A DNA stretch of 64,000 bases, taken from NCBI GenBank assembly GCA_000934665.2, contig JYFJ02000540.1, positions 124,001 through 188,000 of the forward strand, in the 5' to 3' direction. The stretch is from Catajapyx aquilonaris. Lineage: Eukaryota. Of the stretch, positions 12,031 through 25,749 are shown piece by piece (within the stretch, counting starts at the first letter, position 1; every line of letters begins with the position of its first letter). Below the pieces are notes generated by a model. The model was not told the origin of the DNA, made no database searches, and was given only the letters and a program-made list of their open reading frames with translations. Position numbers and translations under genes: made by a program.

Positions 12031-14467
12031 ATTACTGCATGCAAGTTGAGTGGATGAAATGCGCAGTGTTTCTCAGTTTAAAACCAGGGCGTCGTCGTTT
12101 CGTATCCTGCGTGTGCTTGAGAAAATTAGCGTGCAGGCTGAGTTAGCAAGCTGAGGGCTTTTGGGCAGTAAGCCTGGCTCAAGCCTTACCTCCTTCAGGA
12201 AAGTAAGTGGAATGATGGGTTAGCAGCTGCACCTGCCGGATCCAACTTCTCAACTTTCTCTCCACACTCACACTAGTGTCTCGCCACTTTGCCCAAATTC
12301 AGTTACGTCCTTCCAGAGAGGCCTCCTGTTACAACGTGCCTTTTGAATTATTCCGGAGTCCAGAGCAAGAACCCCGAGGCTCTGGAGGTTATCGCCATGA
12401 GAATCCGGAAGAGCACTTTCTGGAGAAATACAGGGTGTGTACCGGAGACGGTTTCAGATCTCCAAATGTGTACGTAGTGATCTCAATATAAATTATAAAG
12501 ACTTGTAGCCTATTTTAGAGCAATAATTGCGTGTACATTACCAATATTATTACATCTTTCGATGTCAATGAGGTAATAAATTATCCATTCGTTCATTTAG
12601 AAGGAAAATAGTCCAAGAAACTCACTGTAATTCAGAAATGGAGCAGGTCGCTTCAAATCCTTACAGTCAGCATCCTCCTTCCACTCTCCTAAATAAATTT
12701 TCTTAGAATAACTTGGTAACAATTCCTACCAAGATTGTTGGAGGGAATCCGGCGGGCATGGAATCGGATCCCATCAGGACTGCGGTCCAATCACGAAGCC
12801 TGCAAGCTTAGCATGATTCCAGATGACCCGAAACTGGAGGAGGATCCGACGACTCCAAGATGCCCCGGGGTCTTGTCTCAGACCTTCGTCACGCAATCTT
12901 ATTACAACTTCCTCCCCTGCAAACTATGGCCAACTATCACAATAAGAGAGCCGAGGAAGCTAGAGAGAAAGCTTGAAGCAAAAGTTGCCAATCCGGGAGT
13001 TTGTTCCGGATTCCCTCTCCTTCCAGGCTTTCCACACGTATTTCCTCGGATATTGTGCATGCAAATACCCAGAGAGTTTGCAGGCACAAGCCTCGGACAA
13101 CAGCTGGAATTGTTACTGAGTCGGGTTTGGATTACTGTTCTGCCGGAGAGGGGGGAGAGAGAGATTTAAAATTAAGCCATGAATTGTTGCAGTAATTTCA
13201 CACACTCCCTCTTGTTTTGACTGCACAAGTTTAATGGAAAAAAGAAGAAATGTTTCTCATGACAGATCTAATTTGTTTTGCTGTGGGCCCCTGCAATATT
13301 ATTCGTGTAGCGAAATACGTACGAACACATCTGGTATTATAATGTGTATAACAATCCATTACGTGGCAGGAAAAATAAAAATTATTGTTACGAAATACCT
13401 GCCTGTCAACCTGAATAATGGCTTTGAGAAGCAGCTACCGGCTGAGCCAGTCCATTAGGAAAAAAATAGAAAACATATATAGCACCCAAAACCAATAAGA
13501 AAAGCCTATAATTTATGTATATTTTGCTAAAACGTCATTCATGGGCCATTATGTGCGATCACAATTGATGAAAAGCTTCGGCGTTGGCTATGAATTGTGG
13601 CAGAAAAATCCGTCGAAAAAAGCAGCAATGAAAATAGTGACACACCATCAAGTAGGGCCCGTTGAGTGCATTTACCTGCAAAAACCGGCCCCCGTAAATT
13701 GCAGTACTTCAAATTAAACTTGCCATATTGAACTGGCATGTGCCGATTTTGATGAAAATCTCACTTATATTTCCGTATTCATGAGGCAAATATTGAATGT
13801 CAACCTTGTGGACACACGCCTTATAACCAATACGCCAGTATTGCAAATCCATGTTGACTTTTCGTAAATCAATGTCGTATCATGAATATCCATAGTAAAT
13901 CGCATGTTTTCCGAGTACGACCCTAACCCGTATTGCTCATTTAGAACTTGCTTGTCCATCCCCTCCATTACATTACGCCACCTTTTTTTCCCAGTGTGTC
14001 TTCAACCATAAGCGATTCAATATGTTGACCTCAATGCTCATTAAAGATACAAGTCCAGCAACTCTGCAAAAAAAAGGCATATGATGGGAGGGTTTTCCTA
14101 ACGCCATATTTGCCGCACCGAATGGCCTCCATGTTGTTAAAAACGCATTACTGCCAGGTTTGGCTGATCGAAAGGTCCATAAAAAGGTGGCCTGCAGATA
14201 ATTCCCAACCCCCCCTCGGATTACCGCCTACGTCCATTTGTCCTAATAGGCAGGCCCCCCCCCCCTTGCTCACGGACTATTAGCGCCCGTGAAAAGGACC
14301 TTTTCTCCCGTCCGAACCAGATGCTGGTCATAATCGGCCCCATGGACAAAACGGATGGGTCCAGCCACGATCAATGACAAACACAGAGGCTGCATCATCA
14401 CCATCGATATTTTCTCAGTCCGGCCATCTTGTACGTTTTTCCGCCCCCCCTTTTGTAGGGTTGATGG

Positions 14468-14558
14468 CAGCGCCGTTAAAAACCCTAGCGGTGGCGTCCC
14501 TTTTTTCTCTCTCTGGTGGGCAGACTCCAGCGCTGTTAAAACCTCTAGTGGTAGCGTC
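14468..14558. repeat. Degenerate direct repeat, 31-bp core with 60-bp period
   Basis: CAGCGCCGTTAAAAACCCTAGCGGTGGCGTC (14468-14498) versus CAGCGCTGTTAAAACCTCTAGTGGTAGCGTC (14528-14558): 26/31 identical. Confidence 0.8.
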
Positions 14559-17500
14559 GCTCTCTGATGTTTATGAACTTCCTTAATGGAGGAGACCAGG
14601 CTGTTATCTTCTACCTTGCGTCGGAGACAGATCGCACCTTGGGCACTTGCTCCGCTTCATATACCCCCGCACTTTTCTTTGTGCCCTCCTAGTTATGGAT
14701 GGGTGTCTGCGGTTATGACCTGGAAACCTCCGGAAATTACGGCTCCTGGAGCCCCCACATTCAAAAGCGAAACCCGACGCCGCAATATTTCGAGCTTTGG
14801 ATGTCCCCTCCATGAGATATTGCAAACAATAAAGCACTTTTTTCTTCTTCTTCATCCAAGACTTGCTTAAGAGCAGCGGTGGGTGACTGGGACTTAATCT
14901 CTCCGGTGGATTTAACCAGAAGCGCACCCCCCCGGATTCTTGGACCGAGTCGACCCATCAATTCGTGGGTCCGCTTTAATGCACTGCAAAATAGGGGGTG
15001 TTCCAAAGTGATGCACATGTGGAATTTCCAGGCGCTAAAATAAGGGGTTGGTATGCGAAGACTGTAACATTTAAGGGTTCGGCTGTGGGGTGGAGGGGGG
15101 GAGGGAGGATTATAAATTTCCTCCATTTCCAGTAGCGTGGTCGAAACATACGGCATTAACTGGTCTTTTAGTATCGCCATCACGAACTATGCCCGAACTT
15201 GGCGTTTCCCGTCTTTAACCGTCGGTTTTATGGCCCGCCACAAATCTTATTCCGTTCCCTAATTGTTTATAAAGGACACGCCGGCTTTTTCCGGGCAGAT
15301 GTAATATAACTGCATAACAAGACGGGGTCGAGGGAAGATTAAATTACCAATTAACACTTCTCCCCACCTTGCTTTAGTAATAAAAGTTGCCGCCCCGCAT
15401 CGCTGCTTATTCCCAAGTGATTCCCCGGCGCGAATTTTATTCCATTTCCTTAATTAACAAACGGAAACGTCTTCTTTTTTCCAGACAGTTACAACCCTTG
15501 GAGCTTCGCGTTGCAAACAGATTCTTTGCTTTTCATCTCCGTGTCTGCATTTTTTATGTCTTTTTCTCGAACCGGGTTTTTTTTGTGTGTGTGCCAAGCT
15601 CCAAGAAACTCCTGTCCAAGATCTGTCCAAATCCCAAACAACACGTGGCGGTTATACGGTGGATCCCGGATGGAAAGCGATCCGAGACAGAGATTTCAGT
15701 CGCAGGCCCCCCCGACGCTATATAAGGAATCCTACTGGCAAGTCCAGCTGTTGCAACAAGCGTGTCCTAGATGGTTTCCCACAAAGATATCGACTCCAGT
15801 AGCAAAACGCTGCAGGCATGGACAATGTGACCAAAAGGAGGAAGAAAAAGGAAAAAAAACGAAAAATGCCTGCCTGTGGGCGAGAAAATCTAGACGCGAA
15901 AATCTCGAAGAAAGAGAAAAAAAAATCCGGCGGGATTTTCCCTTTTATACTCTAGATTTGCTCACATTTCACTAGGCCGGAAGGAGTTGCAAAATATGAT
16001 CCAATCCGGCAGATATCCGAAAGGAGAAGCACATTTTCTGAATTGCATTTTTGCGGAGGATAAAGAAAACTTACTTCGGAATCCGCTTCGGCCAATATTT
16101 GAAGCAGATCTGAGTCCTGTAGTCTTAAACAAAAATGCACTTCCTCAAAAATCGATATTTCAGATCAGTTCGGGAAATGTTTGGAATAATGACAGCCGAA
16201 CAAGACATGCGATCGTCGCCTCTTTTCTTAAAACCAATTTATATCTACAAAAAAAAATACCGATCAGTTCGTGCAGAACAAATTATTCCAACAAAATAGT
16301 GGTGATTACTGAAAACTTTGCCTGTTATTCCGGTTTTCTCTTGTCAGGCTTTTATGCAGGGAGCTGTAGCAAATCACACTATAGATTTGACATGATAGGT
16401 CCAGTAAAGTTGGAAAATGGTCAGGTGAAATTTTAAGCCAGCCTTACATACAATGAAAAATGATTGTTGAGCTGTTATTTGGCATGGATGTAACTCACGT
16501 TAATAAATCACCTCGTAAAACTACAAATCAACCCAGCCCCCCCCCCCAAAAAAAAAATCACTTTCCTTCCAATTCAGGCCACTTAATCACATAATCACTA
16601 GCTCACTTTGTGCTCGTTCTTCTGTCCCACAAAACCCTGCCCATTTCCCTGGCTCTGTATATATACACCCGACATGAATCACAGGCTTTCTAGCTCCTTC
16701 ACAACCGACTCCTTCACACCAAAATTATTATAATCCTGCCCCCTCCGTCATACATCTTATCACACGGGCCCCGGCCCTATTATTGCTGTAATGGGAGCTC
16801 TTTGTGGCCCTTAACAGAAGCTGGGAGGCGCCAAAGTTCCAAGCCGATGCTTTGAATCTGACACTCCAAACTCGTAAAAGTATCGGATAAAATGTTTTAA
16901 AAAGAAGGTTGGTATAGGGGAGGGGGTAGAGAGGGGGTCTGGGGAGTTGCCTCCTTATCGCCCTGATATCCTCCTTTTCGGCAAGTCCCGGAGATTGCAA
17001 AGCTCTATACAAGTAGAAGGAGAGAACGTTTTGTCCCGGAAAGGAAATGATCCTTGTCTACTGCAACTAAGACCCGGAAATGAGGCGGGGCCACTCGCAC
17101 TCCGGGCCCCTTGGGAAAGTCTCTCCCAAACCTTCTATTATTAGGAAGGGGGGGGGGGGTGGTGTAGAGAGACTAAACCAAAACCATGCTCTAGGGGAAA
17201 TCACACACATGCACAAGGGCTCGCCTTTCTTGTCGGTGACCCGTGATCAGTGATCAAAGCCTGCAAGAGGCGAATATTCTCCGGACCGATGATCAAAAGG
17301 ACTTTTTTTTTACGGCAGATCGTTTTGTTCAGCGCAAACTCATTTTTTTACTTGCTCTTTGACCGCGTTATAAAAATCAGTGCAACAATGATGGTTATGC
17401 AAACAGGACGGATTTTTAATTTCTTGGCCCTACACTCCCCTCCCCCCCAACAAAAAACGGGAAATTTTAATTACGTTTTTTTTTGCAACTAGCACTGTGT

Positions 17501-17728
17501 GTTTATAGTGCTTGTTTTTTTTTCGAAAGTGTTCCTTTGAACTGAGCGTTAACTTTTACAATTATGCAAACACACCACAGGTTTGAAACTTTCAAATCAC
17601 TAACTAAAAGTTTATGATATGAAAAAATTTTAGCATGGGACTACATTTATTTTATTTTACTGCCCCTTACAAAAAAAAGCAAAATCAATCATATAGTTAA
17701 GTATTTTTTCGAGGTTCACAAACAATTG

Positions 17729-17953
17729 AGGCGTTGACATGGGAAAGGGCGTAAGATTACAGTTTTGAGAACACCGTGAATAAGATTTTATTACACAAAA
17801 GGTTTCTCATTGTTCGATTTTGTTACAGAAAGGCATGAAAAATCAAATCAAAGCGGTTTATGAGTTTATCATTTAAATGTAGGCTATATATGTATATATT
17901 TTTTCGTTGCACGTTTTATGTGGCTTATTCCCTTTCCCACCATGTCAACGCCT
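17729..17953. mobile_element. MITE-like element (~225 bp) with terminal inverted repeats
   Basis: Left end AGGCGTTGACATGGGAAAGGG; the right end reverse-complements to AGGCGTTGACATGGTGGGAAAGGG (3-bp indel). The interior is AT-rich and no TSD is recognisable. Confidence 0.7.
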
Positions 17954-20900
17954 GAATAGACTAAAAATTAGAGATATCCAATTCAGTGTAACGTGACACG
18001 ATATCTAGGCAAGTGTACAGTAGGAGACAACTCAATCTGTAACACCCTGTATAGAACCTACCGATTCCTTTCCGCCTCACAAATTGCCTCCACACCTGTG
18101 AGCTTTCCCTTTGTTCCCTAGAACTGTACAAGCCGCGTCATAAAAGATTCTTGGAGCAACCGCTCACTATTTTAGAGCGTCGCAGGTCAGAGAGGCACTA
18201 CCCCCACCTCCACTTTTTTTTTTTTTTTGGTAATGCCAGGCCAGTCCCAGGACTCGAAGCCGCTAAAAAAAAGAGGACAGCAGCCAATCGGGGAACATGA
18301 AACGAGCATGGTGAGGTCTCTGGAGAAGCGTCGAGTTGGCGAGTTTTTCCTCTACTCAATGTTTTAGAGAACAACCTCCTCCTCCTCCTCTCTTTTTTTT
18401 TCCTTTCCAGCTCTTCTTGCACCACTAGGGATATACCCCCCCAGTACTTCCCAGCACTCAAAATATACGGGGCATGAGACTGGAAAACTGAAAGAGCCGC
18501 ATTCTCCTAGACCAACTTAGGCCTATGCTCGCACTACACACACACACACTAGCGGTATGGATTAGGCCAATTCCCAATCTCTGCCTCGAAGGGGGGGCAG
18601 AATGGTTGGGGAGGGGAGGGTAGAGCATGAGCCAATATTTGCATGTATGACTAGAACGGCAGATTGGGATGATGTGAGAGAGCCGGCGAGATGGATGTGT
18701 GCGAGGATTGGATGTATGTGTTGGACCGGAGTTGGAGCGAAACTTTTTAGAACCAAAAAAAAAAATGCGGGGTCTGGATTTTACTTTCGTATTACAATGT
18801 TGGCAACGGGGATGTACGTTGCAAAAATCGGACTAGTTCAATACGAGGATGTGATTGGGTGGGATTCAAATAAAATATTAGCTATAGACCTGTTCGAGGG
18901 TGATTGGAAAAACGTAGCTTGAAATACTCGACATCGCTTCATCTGATGCAATGTAACCGGATTTTCGTCTTACGGATTACTGCGTGTTTATTCGCATGTT
19001 TAACTTTTGTTAAATCCGCATTTTAAACAACTCTCCAAAGGCGCGTCTGTGAGAGATGAAATATTGGCTCGAATATTTTAAAAGCCTGTTTTCCATTAAC
19101 AGCAATTTTGTAACATGCTCATTATTAACAAAAGAATTTATCATAACATGAGCAATGTAAAAATATTTACTCATAATCAGTGATCCAACTAACGCTAATA
19201 TTTTATTTGAAACGACCCGAATCGTAACGCTCGTCGAACAACTGATGTAAAAAAAAACAATGTTTAACCGATTCAAAATTTAATATCCGCGGCATCCATG
19301 TGGACCCAATGTGCCGGCGCATTATGTGACACGTAACTACCCGCATCTGATCAGTCTGGCATTTAAAACCGAATTTACCTGCTGACTCCTACCCGTGAAT
19401 GCGGTTGACATCAAACAGTTTCCGTTGATTAATATACCGCACAGCCGCAATCAAAAGCGCGCATGTGCGCCCGTCTAATTACTAGCAAAACTCGCAATTA
19501 AATTTTTTTATGTATAAAAAGAGTACGGGTATACCTTACTTTTTAAAAAATATATCTGACGGAGTATTTACCACTCATGCGAGGCATGCGATGTAAGAAT
19601 TTTGATTACGCTCAGGCTACCGTTTTGTAGCTAACACGGGCTGGAAACGAGGATATATGCACACAGGACTTGGGAAGGTGTAAATCCCCAATCCGCCGAT
19701 AAATCACGGGGAGAAGCCTGAGAAACGCAGCGTTTTTTTAAGCTTTAAATTTTCTATTTCCTGCCTCCCTGCTTCTTTTCTCCTTCAGGAAAAAACTCCT
19801 ACCTTCTTTTGCCTTTGCTTCTCTCTGGAATTATTATAGTCGCAGCTGCCGCACACTCTTCAAGTCCTCCGGCAAAGATTGATACAGTCAAGTCCCTTCA
19901 TTTCACTCGCCTCATTTTGAAAGAGCTGCGAGACTTTAATTTGACTTGCAATACATTTTCTCCCCCCCCCCCTCTCGTGCCCTTCGAAGCCTCTTTTCGA
20001 GAGAGAGAAAAAAAAGTCTCGGGAAAATCAAATTCGTTCTGAAATGGGGCGAGTCTAAGAGCCACTGAAAAAAAAACCTCCAAAAACCCGCCCCAATTTG
20101 CGAATTAAAAAAGCAATCCGAACTTTATATAGATATACAGTGGGAATCGATTTCATAGGCATGTTCTTGCTATAGGAAAAGGAATCGGTTTGGGCATCAT
20201 GTGAAAGAGTAATTAAATGTTTCCAATAGTCTTAAGTCTTATACTAAATTATCAATCTAACTGGACTGGAAAAAAAACCCGCCTGGAAAAAATTCACCTT
20301 CTTTTTTTTATATCAGAGTTCGATCCAATTTCGTAGCAAATGGATTTAAATCATTTTGAGCAGTAACCGCATTCTCAACACACCCAATGGGGAGACGGAG
20401 AGGGGAAAAAAAAGTTGGCGAGTCCCAAAAACACAAAAGGGTTTCCTAACCGCGCATTTCAACAGTATAACTGCAAATGTTCTGCAATTTGTAGAAAATG
20501 AACTCACGCCAGCGTGAAATCCACTCGCGACTTTCCCCAGATTTTATGAGAACCTAGGACTTCATGCATGATGCCACAGACTTGCCTCTTCTAACTAATA
20601 TGCCTCAGAAATTCGCAATGTACGTTTTCCACAAGTAAGTGCAACATTTTTGAATAATTTTTTAAATAAGCGACGTACGGTTTAATTTCATGTAGGCCTA
20701 ATTATTTGCGTGGGAGTTATGCTTCCATTACATTAATTGCTGTGTGCTAACTCAAGCAGCAGTACCACAAAACACCTTAGAGGCCTGGAAATACATCCAG
20801 TATCAATCCATCACAAGGCCTATTCCTTCCTTCTCCTTAATGCCAACCCTTACCCAACTACAAACGCCATTAGCCCCTCACACGAACCGCACTCTGTCAA

Positions 20901-22959
20901 CATCACCCCAACTTGCCCAAAACTCACGACAACTTCGACTCTCTCTCTCCTACCCTCCTTTGCCCTTCCAGCAGTCCCTTATTATATGGATGGGTTGACA
21001 TCTCCATCCGGTGGCTAAACCATCACCGGAAAAGCGGGCAAGAAAACGAGCTGGAAGGCAACAGCGGCCAGGATCTCGTAAAGCAGCAATAAGAGCTCCC
21101 CCGGTTTCCTTCTCGGGGGACATTATTCTCCATTATTCTTCCTAATGGCAGCGTCGTCTTCTTCTTTTCTCTCCCCCTTCCCCTCCCACACAACCTTTTT
21201 GTTATGTTTCCAAGCGGTACCCCCAGGTCTCGGCCGCAATAAGTCGCCGTTTCAACTCGACGAGGCCGCCAGAAAGCGTCTGAGTGACGTCCAAATTGTT
21301 TCCCCCACTGGGAGAAAGAGACAAGTCTTACACTCCGGATGACTTATGGGAGGCCAGGTTGGACCCGGAGGTAAGACGAGGAAAAAAATATATATATTGC
21401 AAAAGGTAGTTGCAAGACTGCGTGGAATTCGCAAGTACTCGTATACTGGATCGCTTGTGCCACGATAATAGCTAAAGTATGGCGGGAACAAACGATCAAC
21501 CAATCGGCCCTATTGGTTAAAAGGTCGGAGGAACAATCACTGTGTTGTCTCTAAATAATTTTGCAAATTAAACTGTACCTAATATATTCTTCTAAATGAT
21601 TTTTGTCTGAAAAGCAATTTTTGCTATCTTCTTGTCCATGATGGAAACACGATTCGTAAATTGTGCAAAAACTGATAATTACTGAACTTTCACTGCTACA
21701 ATCTTGGAACTGTTTGCGTGATATGTTGCCGCAGCTCAGCTACATACACAAATGTACAATTAATACCCAATGACATTAAAATACATAATTTCTGCACGTA
21801 TTTGTGTTGCACCCCCCAAAAGTGGTCTTGGCCGTTTTTTTTTATCTCAGACCCCTCATTTATTTGGAAATTTTTATGCAGTGGAGCAAGTACAAGTCAA
21901 CATTGAAATCTAGCTTATACTATATGTGAGGATTTTCCTAAATTTTTGAAGAATTCAAGTCGAGTTGTCAACCTCACCTTTGAAGCTGTAAGGCCTTCAA
22001 CTATACCAAATGGCAAAGGGCGTGTACCCAGCCTCCGAGTCCAAATTAATAGCACATTTTGACCCTGCCAGAAGTTTAAAAGCGGATGTGGGTCAGCCCT
22101 TACATTTTAAATCCCCCATAGTACGCTTGCTAAATAATTCGCGACTCCTTTTTGCAAATTCTCCTCCGCCATTTTCGCTCACACAGCAGCTTTTCCCCAA
22201 AGTCCCAAGCCAACCCTCCAAAAATCGTAGTCGCCCTCCGCTCGGTTTTTCGACCACTTTGCCACAGCAAAACGCCATAAATTCCAAACACCGTGCGCGT
22301 TTAGCACCGCAATAATACACAGTAATTAAACTAAGGTTGCGGCGCATTTGCACGAGGCACTTGGGGGGGTAGCCTTCCCTTTTGCACCGGAGGGAAATAA
22401 AAGAGAATCACTTCTGGGGGGAGGCTATATGATAATGCACAAGACTTTCAGAGGGTGTAACCGGGCAGAGTTTTGGACCATAGTCTCCCTCGACACCTGC
22501 GACGACTACAAACCCCGGCAATATTTGCATACAATCGGTACCAGAGGTTGCCGCTCCATACTTCTTTTTTTTTAAAGAGAAGAAAATTGTCGACGGTGTA
22601 ATCTTGGCGGCAGCAGCTACTACCAAACTTGCTTGAATTTTTTTTGGAGAGCAAAATGGGGTCGAAAAGTCGCTCAACTTTTTTTTTTCCTAAGTGTTTG
22701 AAACTCTATTCGGGCCAGGCTGTGCAAGCGAGAGTCGTGAAAGATACATGCGGCTCTCTAGTTAACTTCTGGTTTTGTCTAAATAAAATATGGCGGTTCA
22801 ATCAGTCATTTTTTTGGGCGGCGGAGCAATATTGTTGGCAAACCGAACTGGCCGGTTTTCGAGAGGGACTTGGTAATAGTGTATATATTGATGAGTGGCT
22901 AATTAGTACGATGCATCGGTTGGCTGTGCAACGGCTTGTTTGTTGACATATGCTCTTAA

Positions 22960-23270
22960 ATTTACGAGTATGGGTAAGGCGAATGGACGTGGAACACGAG
23001 AAATGCGTAACTGCAAATCATCCCTATCCATCCTAATCTAGCGCAGGTATACACAATTTTTTTTATTGGGACAGGATGGTATCGTGTTCATTTTGCAGTG
23101 AAAGCTGCTTCATTGGCAGTAGTTGGGTGTGCAGGTTCATTGTGTTGTAAATGTAAGAGGTACCTCAATTTTTAAACAATGCGGCAGTGAATTAATAATT
23201 ACTTACAACGGCACCGTATACTCTATTCGGTAAATAAACAAAGAGTCGTTTTAGGTGCGCTACGGCAGTT
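22960..23270 (-). mobile_element. Decayed L2-like ORF2 3' fragment
   Basis: The minus strand gives IEYTVPL* (cf. LEYxVPVW), then KIE, NEAA and a terminal FALPILVNL (cf. SxxPxLxxLLN), in the expected order across frameshifts. Confidence 0.3.
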
Positions 23271-23554
23271 AGATATTAGTTAATGGCACGTTACAACACG
23301 GTCGATACAACCCGATAGTTTATAATTATATATATATTCCATCACATTACACTATGAACTGGACATGACGGGTACACAACCTCACATCCGAACCACTGCA
23401 CAGCCAGTGAACATGCTAAACAAAATTATTGTTGTTGTGTTTGTTTACACCCTGTCAGTTTTCCACAAACTATTAAAATAATCCTACTCTGCGACTTCAA
23501 ATCAGAGTCATCAAAAGTCAACAATGATTTTAATACCCATACTCCTGATTAATC

Positions 23555-23627
<73 letters not shown>

Positions 23628-23641
23628 TATTATTATTATTA
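23555..23641. repeat. Compound microsatellite (TCA)24(TTA)5
   Basis: Perfect TCA run at 23555-23626 immediately followed by a TTA run at 23627-23641. Confidence 0.97.
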
Positions 23642-24400
23642 TGTCCAAATGAGCCCTTGACCTGCACAATTATTCTGTTGAAGTCTGTTGGTCACTACTA
23701 ACCACAGAGCATCGTGATTGGCTGACTGTAGACATGTGTCGTTATGGCCCCAAAACCAGGCTGGACGTGTGTCAGATTAAACTGACAGTTACGTTCCATT
23801 TTTTTTGTAGAGAATAGCAATTTTGATTTGAAGTGTATAGAGATAAAAAATTATGATTCGGCCAATTTATGTCCATAGACACTGGCATGGCTGCCTCGCT
23901 CTTTACCAGCCACCTGTCATATAATTCTCCTGACAAGGTCCGTTAGAATAACACGAAAATAACCCGGGGATTCGCTAAAACAACTTCCTGCCGATGATAA
24001 TCGATTATGACGTGGAAAAATAAACGAACCTGTGCTTGCCACGGGGTATGACCTACACCAACAATTCTACCCGAAAAAAGTTTCCTATAGTGGCAGACAA
24101 AATGAATAATTTTTTTGAAGTTCCTTTACCGCTGACTAGCCAAAATGTTGCACAACCATTCTTCAACCCAGCTACATATTCATGTCATGTCGCTATATCA
24201 TCAGCGTTATATAAAAAACTTGTGTCGTCGAGACACCAGTGAGGCCCAAAATGACAAAAGTTATTTTCACACCAGACTGAAAATCCAGCCTGGTAACAAC
24301 CTGACAAACAAGAGTCGAAACTTGAGGTAACATGCGCCACATCACTAAGGGGGCCATCTATATATAGTGGAGATAGTCAGCAGCATGCAAGAGTACTCAC

Positions 24401-24449
24401 CGATGATGAGAAAGTTAAGGCAGGAGAAGGTGCGCGCCAATGCCCACAT
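24401..24449 (-). CDS. Candidate first coding segment (signal-peptide-like MWALARTFSCLNFLII+phase 1) within a 93-bp exon 24493-24401 of an unidentified large-intron gene
   Basis: Minus strand: acceptor TTCTATTTTCCAG| at 24494 and donor G|GTGAGT at 24400. Only one of three frames is open, and the ATG at 24449 begins a basic-then-hydrophobic peptide ending at a phase-1 intron, the usual layout of signal-peptide exons. No homology is established. Confidence 0.4.
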
Positions 24450-24661
24450 TGCTATTCCGTGGAGCTTGGGGACGCCAGGCCTCCGGAAGCCATCTGGAAA
24501 ATAGAATTTGGCGTTAACGGCGCTTCCATGTCCGGCTGATGCCACCTCTAATGGGGAGGACACTCTGCTGTGCTTCCATTTTTAGTTAACCATATAACTA
24601 CCACACACTCAAACTTTCTCTCCAACCCTTCAACGTGCCCAGTTTAGAGAGGCTCCATCTA

Positions 24662-24886
24662 TAGGGAGAGAGTAGCCAACTTCTGACGTCACATTGTCTC
24701 TGATTGGCTACAAGGCCTGTGTTACTCCAGCCCGCTCCAGCCAATCGGAGTCGACCGTGACGTCAGAGCCGGCCATTGTTCCCACAGCAACGCAAGATGG
24801 CGGCCTCCATAGGACACAGTCCATAATAATTACTCCAGTCAATCATAGGCGACGTGATGTCAGAAGTTGGCGACTTTCTCTCTCTA
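24662..24886 (+). mobile_element. MITE family A, copy 1 (~225 bp, TIRs of about 30 bp)
   Basis: TAGGGAGAGAGTAGCCAACTTCTGACGTCAC ... GTGATGTCAGAAGTTGGCGACTTTCTCTCTCTA. A second, diverged copy occurs inverted at 27112-27327. Confidence 0.85.
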
Positions 24887-25749
24887 CAGCCCAGTTTTTC
24901 CTTGATATAGATAAACCCATTGTTGTATATACAATCCAGCCAATAAGCCCGGTAATTAAAAAATCCTGTACATACCCCTCACACTTTTTGTATAGCAAAT
25001 ATTTTGTGGTCTGACGCACTGGTTATCTGCCCCCTCATTGATGCTGTGGGTTTGGAGGAACGCTGAAAAATAGGACCGGGTAATGGCATGTCCGCATTAT
25101 TAAACCCGGAACAAAAGACACCGTTCGCGCAAAGGTCGGAGAGCAACGTTGCATTTGTTGTCTGGGCGCTTAATTATTCACCGCCCCTACCTCACTTCCC
25201 TTTGTATTTTCAGGATCCTCCTGCAGCATCCCTCCCATAAATATGAGAGCAGAAATTTTCTTCCGGCGGTAGGGAAAAGGAACAAAGAAGAACTTTTGGG
25301 CTTTTCTCTCAAGACGTGTTATTCCCGATAGGTGCTTATTCCTTCTCAGTTGGTCATGCGCAAGGTGTCCCAAAGGTCTAGTTAAAGGCTTATCTTGTTG
25401 GGGCGCCGACGTTGTTCGTGATCTCCGAAACCAACTTTCCGACAATTCATGCATCAAATTAACCCCTTGGTCCCGGTGGCAAGTTAACGTTCCATTGTGA
25501 AACCGCATAATTACTCCGCAAAGTTAGCTTGTGCAAAGGCCTCCTCCTTCAACTCGGAGTAATTAGAGCCGCATTTCGTCACTCCTCCTTTGCTTCCATT
25601 TCCATCCAACCTCCTTGCAAACTCTGACACAAGGAACATTTCAATGCCACTATTGCCATGTAGGAGACCAACATGTGGCGGATACAGCCTACGACACTTC
25701 CGTCGTAGTTTTAAACATTGATCACGCCCTGGAGAATCGGTACATATTT

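Noticed and set aside
16076..16117. 42-nt minus-strand micro-exon candidate DSDLLQILAEADSE with GTAAGT donor
   Set aside because: Weak acceptor, too short to assess and no supporting context.
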